From Bacteroidota bacterium (GTDB taxonomy: Bacteria > Bacteroidota > Bacteroidia > Palsa-965): a stretch of DNA of 64,000 bases. Both the position numbers and the translations under genes were made by a program. The DNA lies in NCBI GenBank assembly GCA_003153435.1, contig PLYR01000119.1:20542-84541 (forward strand), in the 5' to 3' direction. This document shows, in pieces, positions 26,296 to 37,363 of the stretch. Numbering within the stretch: position 1 is the first letter of the stretch; the number at the start of each line of letters is the position of its first letter. A model generated the notes under the pieces. It searched no databases, had not been told where the DNA came from, and saw only the letters and a list, made by a program, of their open reading frames with translations.

Positions 26296-29200
26296 ATGAA
26301 AAAAACACTACTTCTAGCAATCACTCTCTGTGTTTTCTCCATGGCCGGCGCTCAAGATTGGAGAAAGATGATGGCGGATCCTCATGTGAACTTTTATGCC
26401 ACTCAAAAGGCATTTAATAAATATTACTCAAAAAGGCTGAAGGAGCTTAAGCGGGAGCAGAAAGCCGATGCTGAAAATGGAAAGAAAGGGGAGGAACGAG
26501 AGATTCCCGGGTATGAACTCTACAAACGGTGGGAATATTTCATGGCGCCGCGTGTTTATCCAAGCGGGGATGTGACTCGCGCTTCCAAGGCCTGGGAGGA
26601 ATACCAGAAATACCTGAAAACGAATGCAGCATCCAGAGGAATTTCCAATCAGACTTCCCTTTCTACAGCCTGGCAACCGGTTGGTCCTTTCGGTGATCCG
26701 ACCGGTGGTAATGCAGGAAGGGTAAATGTGGTACGCTTCGACCCCTCAAATCTAAATGGTTTATGGGTAGTAACACCCGACGGAGGATTGTGGAACAGTG
26801 CTAATGGAGGAAACAACTGGACTACCAGTACCGATACCATGGCTGTGATAGGATGTTCAGATATTGTTTTTGACCCCATCACTCCGACTACCATGTACCT
26901 GGCAACAGGCGACGGTGATGCAGGAGATTCATGGAGTATTGGAGTGATGAAGTCTACCGATGGTGGACACAGCTGGAATACTACAGGCCTTTCTCATATT
27001 GCTGCAGATGGTTTCAGGATGTACCGGATGGTCATCAATCCCAAAAATCACAACGAATTACTTGCAGCCACCAACGTAGGAATATTCAGAAGCCTTGATG
27101 CAGCTGCTACCTGGAATTGTGTAACAGGGAGCGGAACCACATTTACAGACATAACTTATAAACCTGGAGATACCACTACTATTTACAGTGTAAGTTTAAA
27201 TTTTATGCTCTCTACCGATGGAGGGGCAACCTGGAACACGATCACTACTGGCTTGCCATCCTCCACCGCAGTCGACCGCCTTTCTATTGCAGTAACTCCT
27301 GCGAATCCTTCCCTGGTCTATGTAGTAGGAAGTGATGCCAACACGAGTGGTTTTTACGGCTTTTATATGAGTAGTGATAATGGAAATACTTTTGTTCAAA
27401 AATCCTCCTCTCCTAATCTGCTGGGTTATTCAAGCACAGGAAATGATTCCGGAGGTCAGGGATGGTACACCTTATCCATTGCTGTTTCACCAACCAATGC
27501 AAACGAGGTAGTGGTTGGAGGAGTAAATATCTGGAGAACCATGGATGGAGGTGCTACATGGAGTATTTTCGGTCACTGGACTGGAGCTGGCTCTCCCTAT
27601 GTTCATGCGGATGTACATGACCTTATTTACAAAAATGCTACGACCATCTATGCCGCTACAGATGGTGGTCTATTCCAGACTCCGAACAGCGGAACAAGCT
27701 GGGGCCCTGTCAACGGAAATATGAATATTGCTGAAATCTATAAAATGGGTTTGAGCAAGACGACCTACAAGCTTGATATTACCGGTCACCAAGATAATGG
27801 AACCAATATTTACTCTGGTGGTTGGACGGCTACCATGGGCGGAGATGGCATGTCCTGTTTTATTGATTGGAGTAACGATCAGGTTATGTATGGAGAACAA
27901 TACAATGGATCCCTCAATGGGACCACCGATGGGGGATTGACCTGGAATACAATTACCACGGGTCTTACCGGAAACGGAACCTGGAATACACCCTGGCATC
28001 AGGATCCACTGACACCGAACACAATTTATTGCGGGTATCAGCAGATGTTCAAATCATCCAATAAAGGTGTGAGCTGGACTCAAATAGGTACACAGCCAGG
28101 AACTTCCCAAATATCAGAATTTGCAGTTGCCCCTTCCAATCCCCAGATCATTTATGCCATTCAGGGAAATACGGTTGTTAAAACGAGCAACGGAGGTACT
28201 ACCTGGACAGATATTACCGGGACTCTTCCTGTTTCGGGTAACTGGCTTGCAACAGTAACTGTGAAAGACATTAACCCCAATAGAGTTTGGGTGACTTTCG
28301 CCGGTTACTCTGCGGGAGACCAGATTTATGGTTCAACCGATGGAGGCGCAACCTGGACTTCCTTTTCAACAGGGCTTCCAAATCTTCCAGTCAATTGCCT
28401 CGTGTATTGGAATGGGACCAAGGAAGGGATGTATGCCGGATGTGATGTTGGTGTTTATTACCGGGACAGCACCTTGAGTAGTTGGATTCCTTATTCAATC
28501 AGCCTTCCAAATGTAGGGATTCATGATCTGGCTATATTTTATCCTTTAGGTAAACTGAGGGCAGCAACCTATGGAAGAGGGGTTTGGGAAACAGACCTGT
28601 ATAATAATGGCAGCCTGGCTCCACTGGCAAATTTTTCAGTCAATAACTCCTGGATTTGTGCAGGAGGAACGGCTGTATTCTCCGACCAGTCGACCTTTGC
28701 TCCAACCACCTGGTCATGGACCTTCCAAGGTGGAAACCCAGGTACATCCACTTTACAGAATCCTTCCGTCGTATATGCCACGCCAGGAACTTATTCTGTT
28801 ATTCTCCAGTGCAGCAATGCTAACGGAAGCAATACCATGACCAAGACTGTTTACATAAACGTTACCGGAGTCATTGCTCTGCCACTCTCCGAAGGATTTC
28901 AGGGAGGCACTTTCCCGCCTTTGAACTGGCAGAATTACGATGCAAGCTCTGACCATTTGATCTGGCAGCCTAATTCATCCGTAGGCAGAAACAGTTCATC
29001 GTGTATGTATTATGATAATTATAACTACAATGCCACCGGATCGAGAGATGAAATGCGGACTCCAAAATACGATATGACCGCATTCAATCATGCCATACTT
29101 TCTTTTGATGTTGCCTACGCCCAATATGACAACACGTTTTCAGACAGCCTCTCGGTGCTGGTCTCTAACGATTGTGGGACGAGCTATTCACAGGTATACC

Positions 29201-29922
29201 TGAAAGGCGGAAGCAGCCTCGCAACGGCCCCGAATAATAATAGTACTCAGTTTGTACCCAGTGCCTCTCAATGGAGAAGGGATACGATTGATATCTCTAC
29301 TTACGCCGGGCAGGCGAATGTGATGGTTTCCTTTCAGAACCGGGGACATAACGGGCAACCCATCTTTATTGATAATGTGAACATCACCGGAGGAAACTCC
29401 AATAATGTGCCTTCTGCTCAGTTTGCCGCACCTTCGAGCAATTTATGCAGTGGAAATAATATTCAGTTCGCAGATCAGAGCAGTAATGTTCCGACTCAAT
29501 GGAGCTGGACGTTTCCCGGTGGATCACCAGCTGTTTCAAATGCCCAAAACCCAATCGTTTCTTATGCGGCAGCCGGCTCCTATACGGTGACGCTTATTGC
29601 TTCGAATGCTGCCGGAAACAGTACTCCTTCTTCTCAGATTATTACTATAAGCCCTTGCGTAGGAATTCAAACCTATGCTTCGGTGGATCCCGAATTTAGG
29701 GTCTACCCGAATCCATTCAACTCCAGTGTCAAAGTGCAGTTCGGTAGCAGAAGCGATGACCGGAGTTTGAAGATTTATGACATGATCGGTAAACAGATCT
29801 TCTCTAGCAAGGTCAGTGGAGATAGCACTGAACTGAATCTCGAGTCGCTCGCACCCGGAATGTATATGGTTCAGGTGATCACCGGTTCAAACTCTTCTGT
29901 CAGGAAGATCGTGAAGCAATAG
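26296..29922 (+). CDS. T9SS-secreted VPS10/BNR propeller + PKD + cleaved-adhesin-like + PKD protein
   Basis: Asp-box repeats, ATYGRGVWET propeller end, two PKD domains (WSWTFQGGNP / WSWTFPGGSP), jelly-roll segment (EGFQGGTFPP...WRRDTIDIS...IFIDNVNI), type A CTD. Confidence 0.87.
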   Translation: MKKTLLLAITLCVFSMAGAQDWRKMMADPHVNFYATQKAFNKYYSKRLKELKREQKADAENGKKGEEREIPGYELYKRWEYFMAPRVYPSGDVTRASKAWEEYQKYLKTNAASRGISNQTSLSTAWQPVGPFGDPTGGNAGRVNVVRFDPSNLNGLWVVTPDGGLWNSANGGNNWTTSTDTMAVIGCSDIVFDPITPTTMYLATGDGDAGDSWSIGVMKSTDGGHSWNTTGLSHIAADGFRMYRMVINPKNHNELLAATNVGIFRSLDAAATWNCVTGSGTTFTDITYKPGDTTTIYSVSLNFMLSTDGGATWNTITTGLPSSTAVDRLSIAVTPANPSLVYVVGSDANTSGFYGFYMSSDNGNTFVQKSSSPNLLGYSSTGNDSGGQGWYTLSIAVSPTNANEVVVGGVNIWRTMDGGATWSIFGHWTGAGSPYVHADVHDLIYKNATTIYAATDGGLFQTPNSGTSWGPVNGNMNIAEIYKMGLSKTTYKLDITGHQDNGTNIYSGGWTATMGGDGMSCFIDWSNDQVMYGEQYNGSLNGTTDGGLTWNTITTGLTGNGTWNTPWHQDPLTPNTIYCGYQQMFKSSNKGVSWTQIGTQPGTSQISEFAVAPSNPQIIYAIQGNTVVKTSNGGTTWTDITGTLPVSGNWLATVTVKDINPNRVWVTFAGYSAGDQIYGSTDGGATWTSFSTGLPNLPVNCLVYWNGTKEGMYAGCDVGVYYRDSTLSSWIPYSISLPNVGIHDLAIFYPLGKLRAATYGRGVWETDLYNNGSLAPLANFSVNNSWICAGGTAVFSDQSTFAPTTWSWTFQGGNPGTSTLQNPSVVYATPGTYSVILQCSNANGSNTMTKTVYINVTGVIALPLSEGFQGGTFPPLNWQNYDASSDHLIWQPNSSVGRNSSSCMYYDNYNYNATGSRDEMRTPKYDMTAFNHAILSFDVAYAQYDNTFSDSLSVLVSNDCGTSYSQVYLKGGSSLATAPNNNSTQFVPSASQWRRDTIDISTYAGQANVMVSFQNRGHNGQPIFIDNVNITGGNSNNVPSAQFAAPSSNLCSGNNIQFADQSSNVPTQWSWTFPGGSPAVSNAQNPIVSYAAAGSYTVTLIASNAAGNSTPSSQIITISPCVGIQTYASVDPEFRVYPNPFNSSVKVQFGSRSDDRSLKIYDMIGKQIFSSKVSGDSTELNLESLAPGMYMVQVITGSNSSVRKIVKQ

Positions 29923-29934
29923 GTGACATCAGGT

Positions 29935-30543
29935 ATGCATAAATTCAGGGAATACCGGATGCTGATGTTCTTCCTGTTTATCCTGGGTTCTTCATGTCGC
30001 ACCTACCCACTGGCAACTCCATTATCGTTTGCATCCTTTCATTGCAGCCCTGTTTTTATTATCCCTGCTTGTGATTACCGCAATCCGATTGAACGAGTGT
30101 ATTTAAAAGAATATGCACAAGGGATGAACTCAATACTGGAGGTGACCGTGGTTTTTAAGGACGAGGACCAGCCATTCTTCTTTTTTGATGCGGTATATGA
30201 TCTCTATAGAAGGTTTCGGTTTCATCGGAAGAAAGACATTGAAACATTTTATATCCATACAGGAGACGCCTACAAAAGAGTGGAAAGTATTGATTTCGGT
30301 GATGCATATAGCAGAGGCCAACACTTTCACAAAGGTTTTGTGACTCATTATCATGAGGTGGTGAGCAGAGATAAAATGGAGATGAAGGGAGAAAGACCTG
30401 TTATTTATATCAATACCTGGAACCATCTTTTTTCAGAAAAAGACACCAATCCCTCTCTTAACAAAACTTTTTACACAGAGTATGCAATTTTTGACGGAAA
30501 CAGGGCTTCGGCTGAGCCCCATTCCTGCTTCAAAAGCCGATAA
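29935..30543 (+). CDS. Hypothetical protein, probable lipoprotein
   Basis: Hydrophobic stretch ending in LGSSC (lipobox-like); directly downstream of the T9SS gene on the same strand; start uncertain (29923/29935/29959). Confidence 0.6.
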   Translation: MHKFREYRMLMFFLFILGSSCRTYPLATPLSFASFHCSPVFIIPACDYRNPIERVYLKEYAQGMNSILEVTVVFKDEDQPFFFFDAVYDLYRRFRFHRKKDIETFYIHTGDAYKRVESIDFGDAYSRGQHFHKGFVTHYHEVVSRDKMEMKGERPVIYINTWNHLFSEKDTNPSLNKTFYTEYAIFDGNRASAEPHSCFKSR

Positions 30544-30641
30544 TGAAAGACGATTCGGGCATTACAAAATTGGATTTCGATATGTTGAGAGAATAGACTA
30601 TCTTAGTCAAAGCTAATTCCAACTCATTCTAAAAGAACAAT

Positions 30642-33600
30642 ATGCAAGTCCCGTATAAACGATCAGTGCTGTTTGTAGCAGGACTCTTGTTCCTCATGCT
30701 CGCAAGTTCCCAACTTCGAGCTCAAACCACCGTACCTTTTAATTTTACAGGATCAGCTCAATCGTTTACAGTCCCGAATTGCGTCAATTCGCTTCATGTG
30801 AAAGCGTGGGGTGGAGGCGGAAGCGGGGGTGGAACAGATACTTATAATGGTGCAGGTGGTGGTGGCGGTGGATTTATTCAATGTGATATTCCTGTAGCTC
30901 CAGGTCAGGTATTGACCATCATTGTTGGAGGTGGAGGAGGAGCAGGAGTTGGTTGTGTTACCGGATCGGGTGGCGGACCTGCAGGCTGGGGTAATGGAAT
31001 CATAGACGGAGCCGCAGGAGGAAATTCCGGTGGTTCTGGGTGCTCAGGTGGCGGTGGTGGTGGTGGTGGTGGTACTGGAATATATAACGGTGCTACTCCT
31101 TTAGTAGTTGCAGGCGGGGCAGGTGGTGGAAGTGGTGGTGGACAGTTTAGCAGTGGTGCGATTGGCGGCGGAGGAGGACAAAATGGAAATTCAGTTGCAG
31201 GTTCATGTACCACTCCGGGATTGGCAGGAGCAAGCGGCAATGGGCTGGGTACTGCCGGCGCTACAAAAGGATTTTTTGCAGATGGTGGTGGTGGCGGCGG
31301 TGGTGGGGGTGGAAATAACGGAGGTACAGGAGGTGGAATAGCAGGTGGTTGTGATTGCGGTGCATGCGGCGGCGGCGGCGGTATCAGCTGGACCTCAGGA
31401 ACCGGAGTAACGATCACCAATGGAAATAACGGTACTCCCGGAAATAGTGCAGACCCTGATCTGCCAGCAGGAGATGCTATCGGTGGAGCAGGATCAACGA
31501 GCGGAGGAAACGGATTTTTAGAAGTCACTTACCTCGGCGGAATTCCTCCAACCGCATCCATCTCCGGATTCACGAATCCAACCTGCTTTGGAGGAACAAA
31601 TGGCAGTGCTACTGTAGCAATCGCAGGGGGAACGGCCCCACTTACCTATTCATGGAATCCGGGTGCTCAGGCAACGGTTACTGCTACAGCACTTGCTTCC
31701 GGCAATTATACAGCTACTGTTACGGACGCTACCGGCTGTAACGCAACCGCAGTTGCAACACTCGTAGATCCGGCACAGATGGTGACGGCGGTTTCCGGTG
31801 TAGCTACTTCTTGTAATGCACTTTGTAATGGTCAGCTTATCTGTATCCCATCCGGAGGCAGCACGCCGTATACCTATTCCTGGTCAGGCGGATGTGCTGC
31901 TGCAAGTTGTACAAATGTTTGTGCAGGGACATATTCAATAACCGTTACCGATGCTCAGGGATGTACAAAACTGGATAGCGCTACCGTTACTCAGCCAGCA
32001 CCAATGGCCGTTGCCATGAGTTCACATGCAGGCTATTGCGGAAAAGCAGATGGGACAGCAAGTGTCGTAGTCACAGGAGGCACCGGTGCAGCCACTTATA
32101 CATGGACGCCTGCAGGTGCAGGATCGGGGACGGCTACCTATTCGAATGTTATACCCGGAACTTATACGGTTCTCGCTCATGATACAAAAGGATGTGCCGA
32201 TAGCGGAATGGTTACCGTTGCAAATATCCCGGGAGTTTCTGCAAGTATCACAGGTAATACTTCTGTCAGCTGTTTCGGTGGTGCAGATGGTACAGCAACA
32301 GCACTTGCGACAGCAGGGACGCCGGTATATACATTTAGTTGGTTACCTGCTCCCGGAACAGGGCAGGGGACTGCGAATGCAGGTGGACTGAGTGCAGGTA
32401 CTTACACCTGTGGTATTGCAGACAGTGCAGGGTGTCTGAGTGCTGCAACCGTTATTATCACCCAACCCGTTGTTCTTACAGTGACACCTATGCCTGCAGT
32501 TTCTCTTTGTCTGGGTGGATGCACTCCCCTTACTGCTACTGGTGCAGGAGGGACAGGAGCATATACATATGCATGGGTGAATAATGGAACCTTGGCAACT
32601 TCTCCTGTTTGCCCGGTTGCGAATGCAATCTATACGGTTGTTTGTACAGATGCTAATAATTGTCATTCCACTCCCCAGACGGTAAATGTTACGGTTAACT
32701 CTTCCCTGGAAGTGGTTACTGCTGCAGGAACTTCCGTATGCCCTGGCAATTCTGCCACCTTAAGTGCAACCGGCACCGGAGGAAGCGGGGTCTTTGCTTA
32801 TTCCTGGCAACCGGCAGCCGGCTTGAGTTCTACCTCTGTTTTTAATCCAGTAGCAACACCTGCTGCTACCACTACCTATACTGTAATTGTTACGGATAAC
32901 TGTGGTACACCTTCCGATTCGGCTTTGGTTACAATCACCGTTTTCCCGGCTCCTGTTATTACAGTTACGGCGAACGACAGTACCGGTTGTTCTCCACTCT
33001 GCGTAACTTTTAACGAAACGCTTACACCGGTTTGCAGTACAGCAACATGGACCTATGGTGACGGAAGCTCTTTTTCAGGTTGTGCGGCACATACCCATTG
33101 CTATACCACTCCTGGAATGTATAATGTTGGTGTTAATGCAACAGATACTCATGGCTGTCCGCTGAATTTTACAAAGAACAACTGGATCAATGTGTATCGT
33201 CACCCCAAAGCCCTTTTCTCTGCTTCTCCTCAGCCCACAACGATCCTGAGCCCGGAAATCTATTTTTCAAATCAGACTATCGATACAACCTGTCTCTGGC
33301 TCTGGCATTTCGGGGACCCCGGAAATGACAGTTCTATTTTGTTCAGTCCTCAGTTTACCTATAAGGATACTGGGTGTTACCCTGTATCCCTCATAGCCGT
33401 GAATACTTTGGGTTGTACCGATACGAGTCGTAAGACTGTTTGTGTATTACAGGAATTCAGTTTTTTTGCCCCCAATTCATTTACTCCAAATGGTGATGGT
33501 AAGAACGATGTATGGATGCCACAAGGTCAGGGGATAGATCCTAATAATTATGCATTGTCTATCTACGACCGATGGGGAAACCTGGTCTTCTCAACTTATG

Positions 33601-33746
33601 CATGGGGAACAGGGTGGGATGGAAGCGTGAACAATAAAGGAGCCGGCAATGGAGCTCAGATTGATGAATATGTCTGGAAAGTAGATCTTAAGGACTTCTC
33701 CAAACAACACCATACCTATAAAGGGATAGTCAGTATTATTCGTTAA
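30642..33746 (+). CDS. Glycine-rich domain + SprB repeats + PKD + T9SS type B (gliding-motility-associated) CTD
   Basis: AWGGGGSGG...GGGGNG Gly-rich domain, repeated GGTAPLTYSW SprB units, WHFGD PKD, FFAPNSFTPNGDGKNDVW...IYDRWGNLVF...YKGIVSIIR. Confidence 0.88.
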   Translation: MQVPYKRSVLFVAGLLFLMLASSQLRAQTTVPFNFTGSAQSFTVPNCVNSLHVKAWGGGGSGGGTDTYNGAGGGGGGFIQCDIPVAPGQVLTIIVGGGGGAGVGCVTGSGGGPAGWGNGIIDGAAGGNSGGSGCSGGGGGGGGGTGIYNGATPLVVAGGAGGGSGGGQFSSGAIGGGGGQNGNSVAGSCTTPGLAGASGNGLGTAGATKGFFADGGGGGGGGGGNNGGTGGGIAGGCDCGACGGGGGISWTSGTGVTITNGNNGTPGNSADPDLPAGDAIGGAGSTSGGNGFLEVTYLGGIPPTASISGFTNPTCFGGTNGSATVAIAGGTAPLTYSWNPGAQATVTATALASGNYTATVTDATGCNATAVATLVDPAQMVTAVSGVATSCNALCNGQLICIPSGGSTPYTYSWSGGCAAASCTNVCAGTYSITVTDAQGCTKLDSATVTQPAPMAVAMSSHAGYCGKADGTASVVVTGGTGAATYTWTPAGAGSGTATYSNVIPGTYTVLAHDTKGCADSGMVTVANIPGVSASITGNTSVSCFGGADGTATALATAGTPVYTFSWLPAPGTGQGTANAGGLSAGTYTCGIADSAGCLSAATVIITQPVVLTVTPMPAVSLCLGGCTPLTATGAGGTGAYTYAWVNNGTLATSPVCPVANAIYTVVCTDANNCHSTPQTVNVTVNSSLEVVTAAGTSVCPGNSATLSATGTGGSGVFAYSWQPAAGLSSTSVFNPVATPAATTTYTVIVTDNCGTPSDSALVTITVFPAPVITVTANDSTGCSPLCVTFNETLTPVCSTATWTYGDGSSFSGCAAHTHCYTTPGMYNVGVNATDTHGCPLNFTKNNWINVYRHPKALFSASPQPTTILSPEIYFSNQTIDTTCLWLWHFGDPGNDSSILFSPQFTYKDTGCYPVSLIAVNTLGCTDTSRKTVCVLQEFSFFAPNSFTPNGDGKNDVWMPQGQGIDPNNYALSIYDRWGNLVFSTYAWGTGWDGSVNNKGAGNGAQIDEYVWKVDLKDFSKQHHTYKGIVSIIR

Positions 33747-34530
33747 GCCTGATCATTTTTTCAGATCTTCCAGGGGTCTTTGTATATTCTTTCAACGGAA
33801 GCGAGGGCTTTAATCCAAACATATCTGTATATACCTTGTGGAAATGGGAAGAATCAGCAAAGCCGCTGATATACGATGCCTGTGTAATGCTATTTCCATT
33901 CTGATAGGCTTCAACTGCCGTTTTTAAGCGGGTCCACAATACATACTTCCTGAATGAAATTCCTGTTTCTTCCTTGAAAAGATGACTGAGCCTGCTCGGG
34001 GAACGTGAAAGCTCTATTGATAATTCCTTAAATAAAAATTTGTTCTTCGTAATGTTTTGTTTGACATGTCGGGTCATATGCACTACCTGTGCATTCATCG
34101 GGTGTTTGTCGTAATCCGGGAAGAGAAAGTCCAGCATTTCCTTTACCAGTTTGAAAAGGTTGGCTCCGTTATTGTTTACAGCAGTGTTTTTTGCCTCTAG
34201 TATTTGCGTAATGAAGGGAGCAATCCGCTTCAGGGAGATAGGGACAAAGAACTCCTTCCGGGTTCTGTAATGATTGGTCACTGCCCTGATCAGGGGAAGG
34301 TCTGCATCCACCATGAGGGTTATCTTTTCTCCTTTTTCAGGATCAATCGTGATTCTGTGCTGTTGGTCTGGCAGAATAATGCAGGCTTGTACTTCCACTG
34401 GTTTCTGGTCACCCATATAGAGTTGGAGAGGAGAACCTGAACCGATCGAAATTTCAAGGGCATGATGACTGTGTGGAGCCGGGTTTAAGGTTCCGAAGAA
34501 GATACAGATGTCATCTTTATAAAAAAGCAT
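33736..34530 (-). CDS. AraC family transcriptional regulator
   Basis: PHSHHALEI cupin-like N-terminus; SRLSHLFKEETG...ITQASYISGFADSSHFHKVY double HTH. Confidence 0.92.
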   Translation of the reverse strand: MLFYKDDICIFFGTLNPAPHSHHALEISIGSGSPLQLYMGDQKPVEVQACIILPDQQHRITIDPEKGEKITLMVDADLPLIRAVTNHYRTRKEFFVPISLKRIAPFITQILEAKNTAVNNNGANLFKLVKEMLDFLFPDYDKHPMNAQVVHMTRHVKQNITKNKFLFKELSIELSRSPSRLSHLFKEETGISFRKYVLWTRLKTAVEAYQNGNSITQASYISGFADSSHFHKVYTDMFGLKPSLPLKEYTKTPGRSEKMIRLNE

Positions 34531-34581
34531 GCCCTAATTGGTTAATGGCAGCTAAGTTATGTTTTTTGTTTCAGGGTATAA

Positions 34582-34615
34582 AAAAGCCTTGAAACAAGTA
34601 TGTTTCAAGGCTTTT
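34582..34615. terminator. Intrinsic terminator (- strand esterase transcript)
   Basis: AAAAGCCTTGAAACA-AGTA-TGTTTCAAGGCTTTT perfect stem. Confidence 0.8.
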
Positions 34616-34634
34616 AAGGGGTTGAAAGAAAGAG

Positions 34635-35936
34635 TTAGTTAAAGATCAGCTTTTGTCCAGAGTATTGACCATGCTCGTTGCTTACTCTCAGAAAATAGAT
34701 ACCCGGAGCAATACCGTCTTTCTTCAGGGTGAAAGTAGCTTCAGATGCTTTTGCTGAAGAAATGACTTTCCCGTTCAGGTCAAAGAGTTGCACGAGATGA
34801 GATGAATTGTTATTTGTGAATACCAATGTAACCTCGCTGCTGGAAGGATTAGGGAAAACCTGTTGTAGTTCGCTTACCGAGCTAAAGCTTTCGATGCCTG
34901 TGTTGCAGGGAGAATTCCAAGTATAAAGTGTTGCGTTTTGGACTGCTGCATCCGCTGGCTGAAGCGGAGCGTTCGTGCAGCCCAATGAATTGATAAGATA
35001 ATCGCGGACGAAGTTGACTGTTGTATCCATATAAGCTAGCTGCGAAGCGCTGCTTCCTGCATATGGAACGTGAGGCGCTCCGTACCAGCTGTAGAATGTA
35101 TTCGTGACTCCGATGGTCTGAGCCTGTTTGAATATTACACGGCTTCCATCCAGATACATCAGGGGGATACCGGGATTAACCATTCCTCTGTTGTAAGTAA
35201 CCACCGCATCAGCAGTTCCATGCATCATGCAGACAGGAGGATCACCGGCTTCCATCCAGTCATATTTAGCCAGAGCTCCACAAAGACTGATCACCCCTTT
35301 TACTTTCATTGAATATCCCTGGTTACCGCTGAGTCCGTCGAGTCCACCCATTGCAGCCAGGTTTGCATTGCTGATATATTCCTGGATCTGGCAAGGACGT
35401 TTAAGATAAACGGAATGCATCACCGTAAGCGCACCTGCAGAACTTCCTCCGATGAAAATATTATTCGTGTCGATTTTATATACGTTTGCTCCGGACTTTT
35501 TGTCCTTGTAAAAGAAACGAACCGCTGCTTTCAAATCCTGTACTCCGCGGATAACGGCAAGAATAGCATTGGAAGAATCGATCGAATTCATTCCGACCCG
35601 GTAGTTGATTGAAGCACAAACAAAACCCTTCTTTGCAAAGTGTTGTGAAAGGCTTAATACATCAGCATCGGTGCTGGATCCCCCAAGGAAACTTCCTCCA
35701 TGTACCCAGATTATAAGAGGGCGCGCCAGAGCTGTATCTCCGGTTCCCTGATATACATCTAATGTCAGACTCGTAGGTGTTCCAAGGTAATTCGTATTAT
35801 TTCCGTAAACAATTGCGGAAGTTACTCCGCTCGTGTAAACATCGCTGGAATAACGACCACCGTTACAGGCGTTCTGTGCATTCACCACTCCGCAAAATGC
35901 AAGTGCGCTCAATGCTGCTAGGTATATTTTCTTCAT
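34635..35936 (-). CDS. T9SS-secreted carboxylesterase (alpha/beta hydrolase)
   Basis: HGGSF oxyanion, GSSAG nucleophile, HGTAD, HVPY; type A CTD (VFPNPSS...GIYFLRV...QKLIFN). Confidence 0.88.
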   Translation of the reverse strand: MKKIYLAALSALAFCGVVNAQNACNGGRYSSDVYTSGVTSAIVYGNNTNYLGTPTSLTLDVYQGTGDTALARPLIIWVHGGSFLGGSSTDADVLSLSQHFAKKGFVCASINYRVGMNSIDSSNAILAVIRGVQDLKAAVRFFYKDKKSGANVYKIDTNNIFIGGSSAGALTVMHSVYLKRPCQIQEYISNANLAAMGGLDGLSGNQGYSMKVKGVISLCGALAKYDWMEAGDPPVCMMHGTADAVVTYNRGMVNPGIPLMYLDGSRVIFKQAQTIGVTNTFYSWYGAPHVPYAGSSASQLAYMDTTVNFVRDYLINSLGCTNAPLQPADAAVQNATLYTWNSPCNTGIESFSSVSELQQVFPNPSSSEVTLVFTNNNSSHLVQLFDLNGKVISSAKASEATFTLKKDGIAPGIYFLRVSNEHGQYSGQKLIFN

Positions 35937-35989
35937 GATTATTGGTTTGATTGGTTAATATTCAGTTTATACTTCACTAAAAGTCTTCG

Positions 35990-37339
35990 CTATGGGAAAA
36001 TAACTCCTCTGTATTTGGTAACATCGACCTGAGGAATCGTTGATCCGTAAGTTGAATTGATCGCTTTGATAAATTCATTTGCAAGCAATGCCTGTCCGAT
36101 AGGATTCAGGTGCACACCATCAAGAGAAAAAGCACCGCCGGTAACAAAACTGGTATTCAGTGTGACACCGTTATAGATGATGCCTTTCTGGGTCGTTTTC
36201 ATGAAAGCATTCACATCTACAAATGCAAGCCCTTTGGATTGAGCAGCGGAACGGATAGTCGAGTTAAAAGCATCGGTAGCACTTTTGATGCCTGCTACTT
36301 CGGTGGCAGTAAGAATATATTTATCCGGAATTCCTCCGTGATAAGAGCCCATTCCATGGCACTTGATAGAATCCAGGGGTACATCCAGCAACATATAATC
36401 GTTGGGTGTCATCAATCGAATTCCATAAGGTGCAGAGAGATCTGAAATAACAAAAGGGTTGTTTCCTACATGAAAATACAGACCTCGTAAATTATAAACG
36501 GCATTCATCAGACTTGCATTTCCGGAGTCAAGAGCTAAACCGTTGTAAGGTATGGTGGTAAAAAAGGGCAGGGAAGTAACATCCGGGATATTCCCTACAA
36601 CTCCCTTTGCACCATTCGCTGTAAGGCTGTTGACGATAGAATAGTAAGTAGCGTCAAATCCGATACCTACGGGTCCTGCTGAAGGAGTGATCATATCAGA
36701 AGCTCCTCCTGCCAGTGCATAAGCCAGGACATCATTATTGCCCAGAAAAAGCGAGAAAAAAGTAGGATTCTGAGCTGTTGCATCCGTCACCATCGAAGAA
36801 GTAGCAGGGTTTGCAGTCATACGGTAAAAGAAAGGGTTGTAATTACCAGGCCCCAGCAATGGGTTTCCATATCCTTGAAAAACAGCAGTAATAACTTTTG
36901 CTCCGGGCACTCCCATGTTATTGAAGGGTCCAGAAGATGCCACAGAGTTAGAAAAGATACTCAGGTCACCGGATGTTGAAACCGGTACTGGCGAAAGGGA
37001 AGTTACACCCAGGCAGTCTGTCGAGTAGCCTAGCTTGAAGGGGGCGTTACCGGTAGATCCAACTCCCACTGAACCTGCAGGAACGAGAGGCTGATTGAAA
37101 TTCCCGCCTCCTACTAACTTGAATTGTCCTGATAGAAGATTTACAAATGAATTCTGCTGTCCTGAATAATAAAGTGCTCCATCGGCATAGCCGGAAGTGA
37201 TTGAATTTCCCAAAGCCACAAAGTAGCTCGGGTTCATGCTTCCTGCACTTGGTTTAGGAATATCGATACTGGGTTTACAGGACCCAATAACTCCAATAAC
37301 AATGGCACCAAGAATGATTTTGAGAATATTTTTTTTCAT
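35990..37339 (-). CDS. SGNH/GDSL hydrolase lipoprotein
   Basis: Lipobox VIGSC; ALGNSITSG block I, NMGVPG, LGNND block III, DGVH block V. Confidence 0.9.
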   Translation of the reverse strand: MKKNILKIILGAIVIGVIGSCKPSIDIPKPSAGSMNPSYFVALGNSITSGYADGALYYSGQQNSFVNLLSGQFKLVGGGNFNQPLVPAGSVGVGSTGNAPFKLGYSTDCLGVTSLSPVPVSTSGDLSIFSNSVASSGPFNNMGVPGAKVITAVFQGYGNPLLGPGNYNPFFYRMTANPATSSMVTDATAQNPTFFSLFLGNNDVLAYALAGGASDMITPSAGPVGIGFDATYYSIVNSLTANGAKGVVGNIPDVTSLPFFTTIPYNGLALDSGNASLMNAVYNLRGLYFHVGNNPFVISDLSAPYGIRLMTPNDYMLLDVPLDSIKCHGMGSYHGGIPDKYILTATEVAGIKSATDAFNSTIRSAAQSKGLAFVDVNAFMKTTQKGIIYNGVTLNTSFVTGGAFSLDGVHLNPIGQALLANEFIKAINSTYGSTIPQVDVTKYRGVIFP

Positions 37340-37363
37340 TGAATTAGCAGCGGTTAAAGATTA

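Noticed and set aside
30905-31528. 207-aa proline-rich minus-strand ORF
   Set aside because: Antisense shadow of the GGN-rich glycine domain of 30642-33746.
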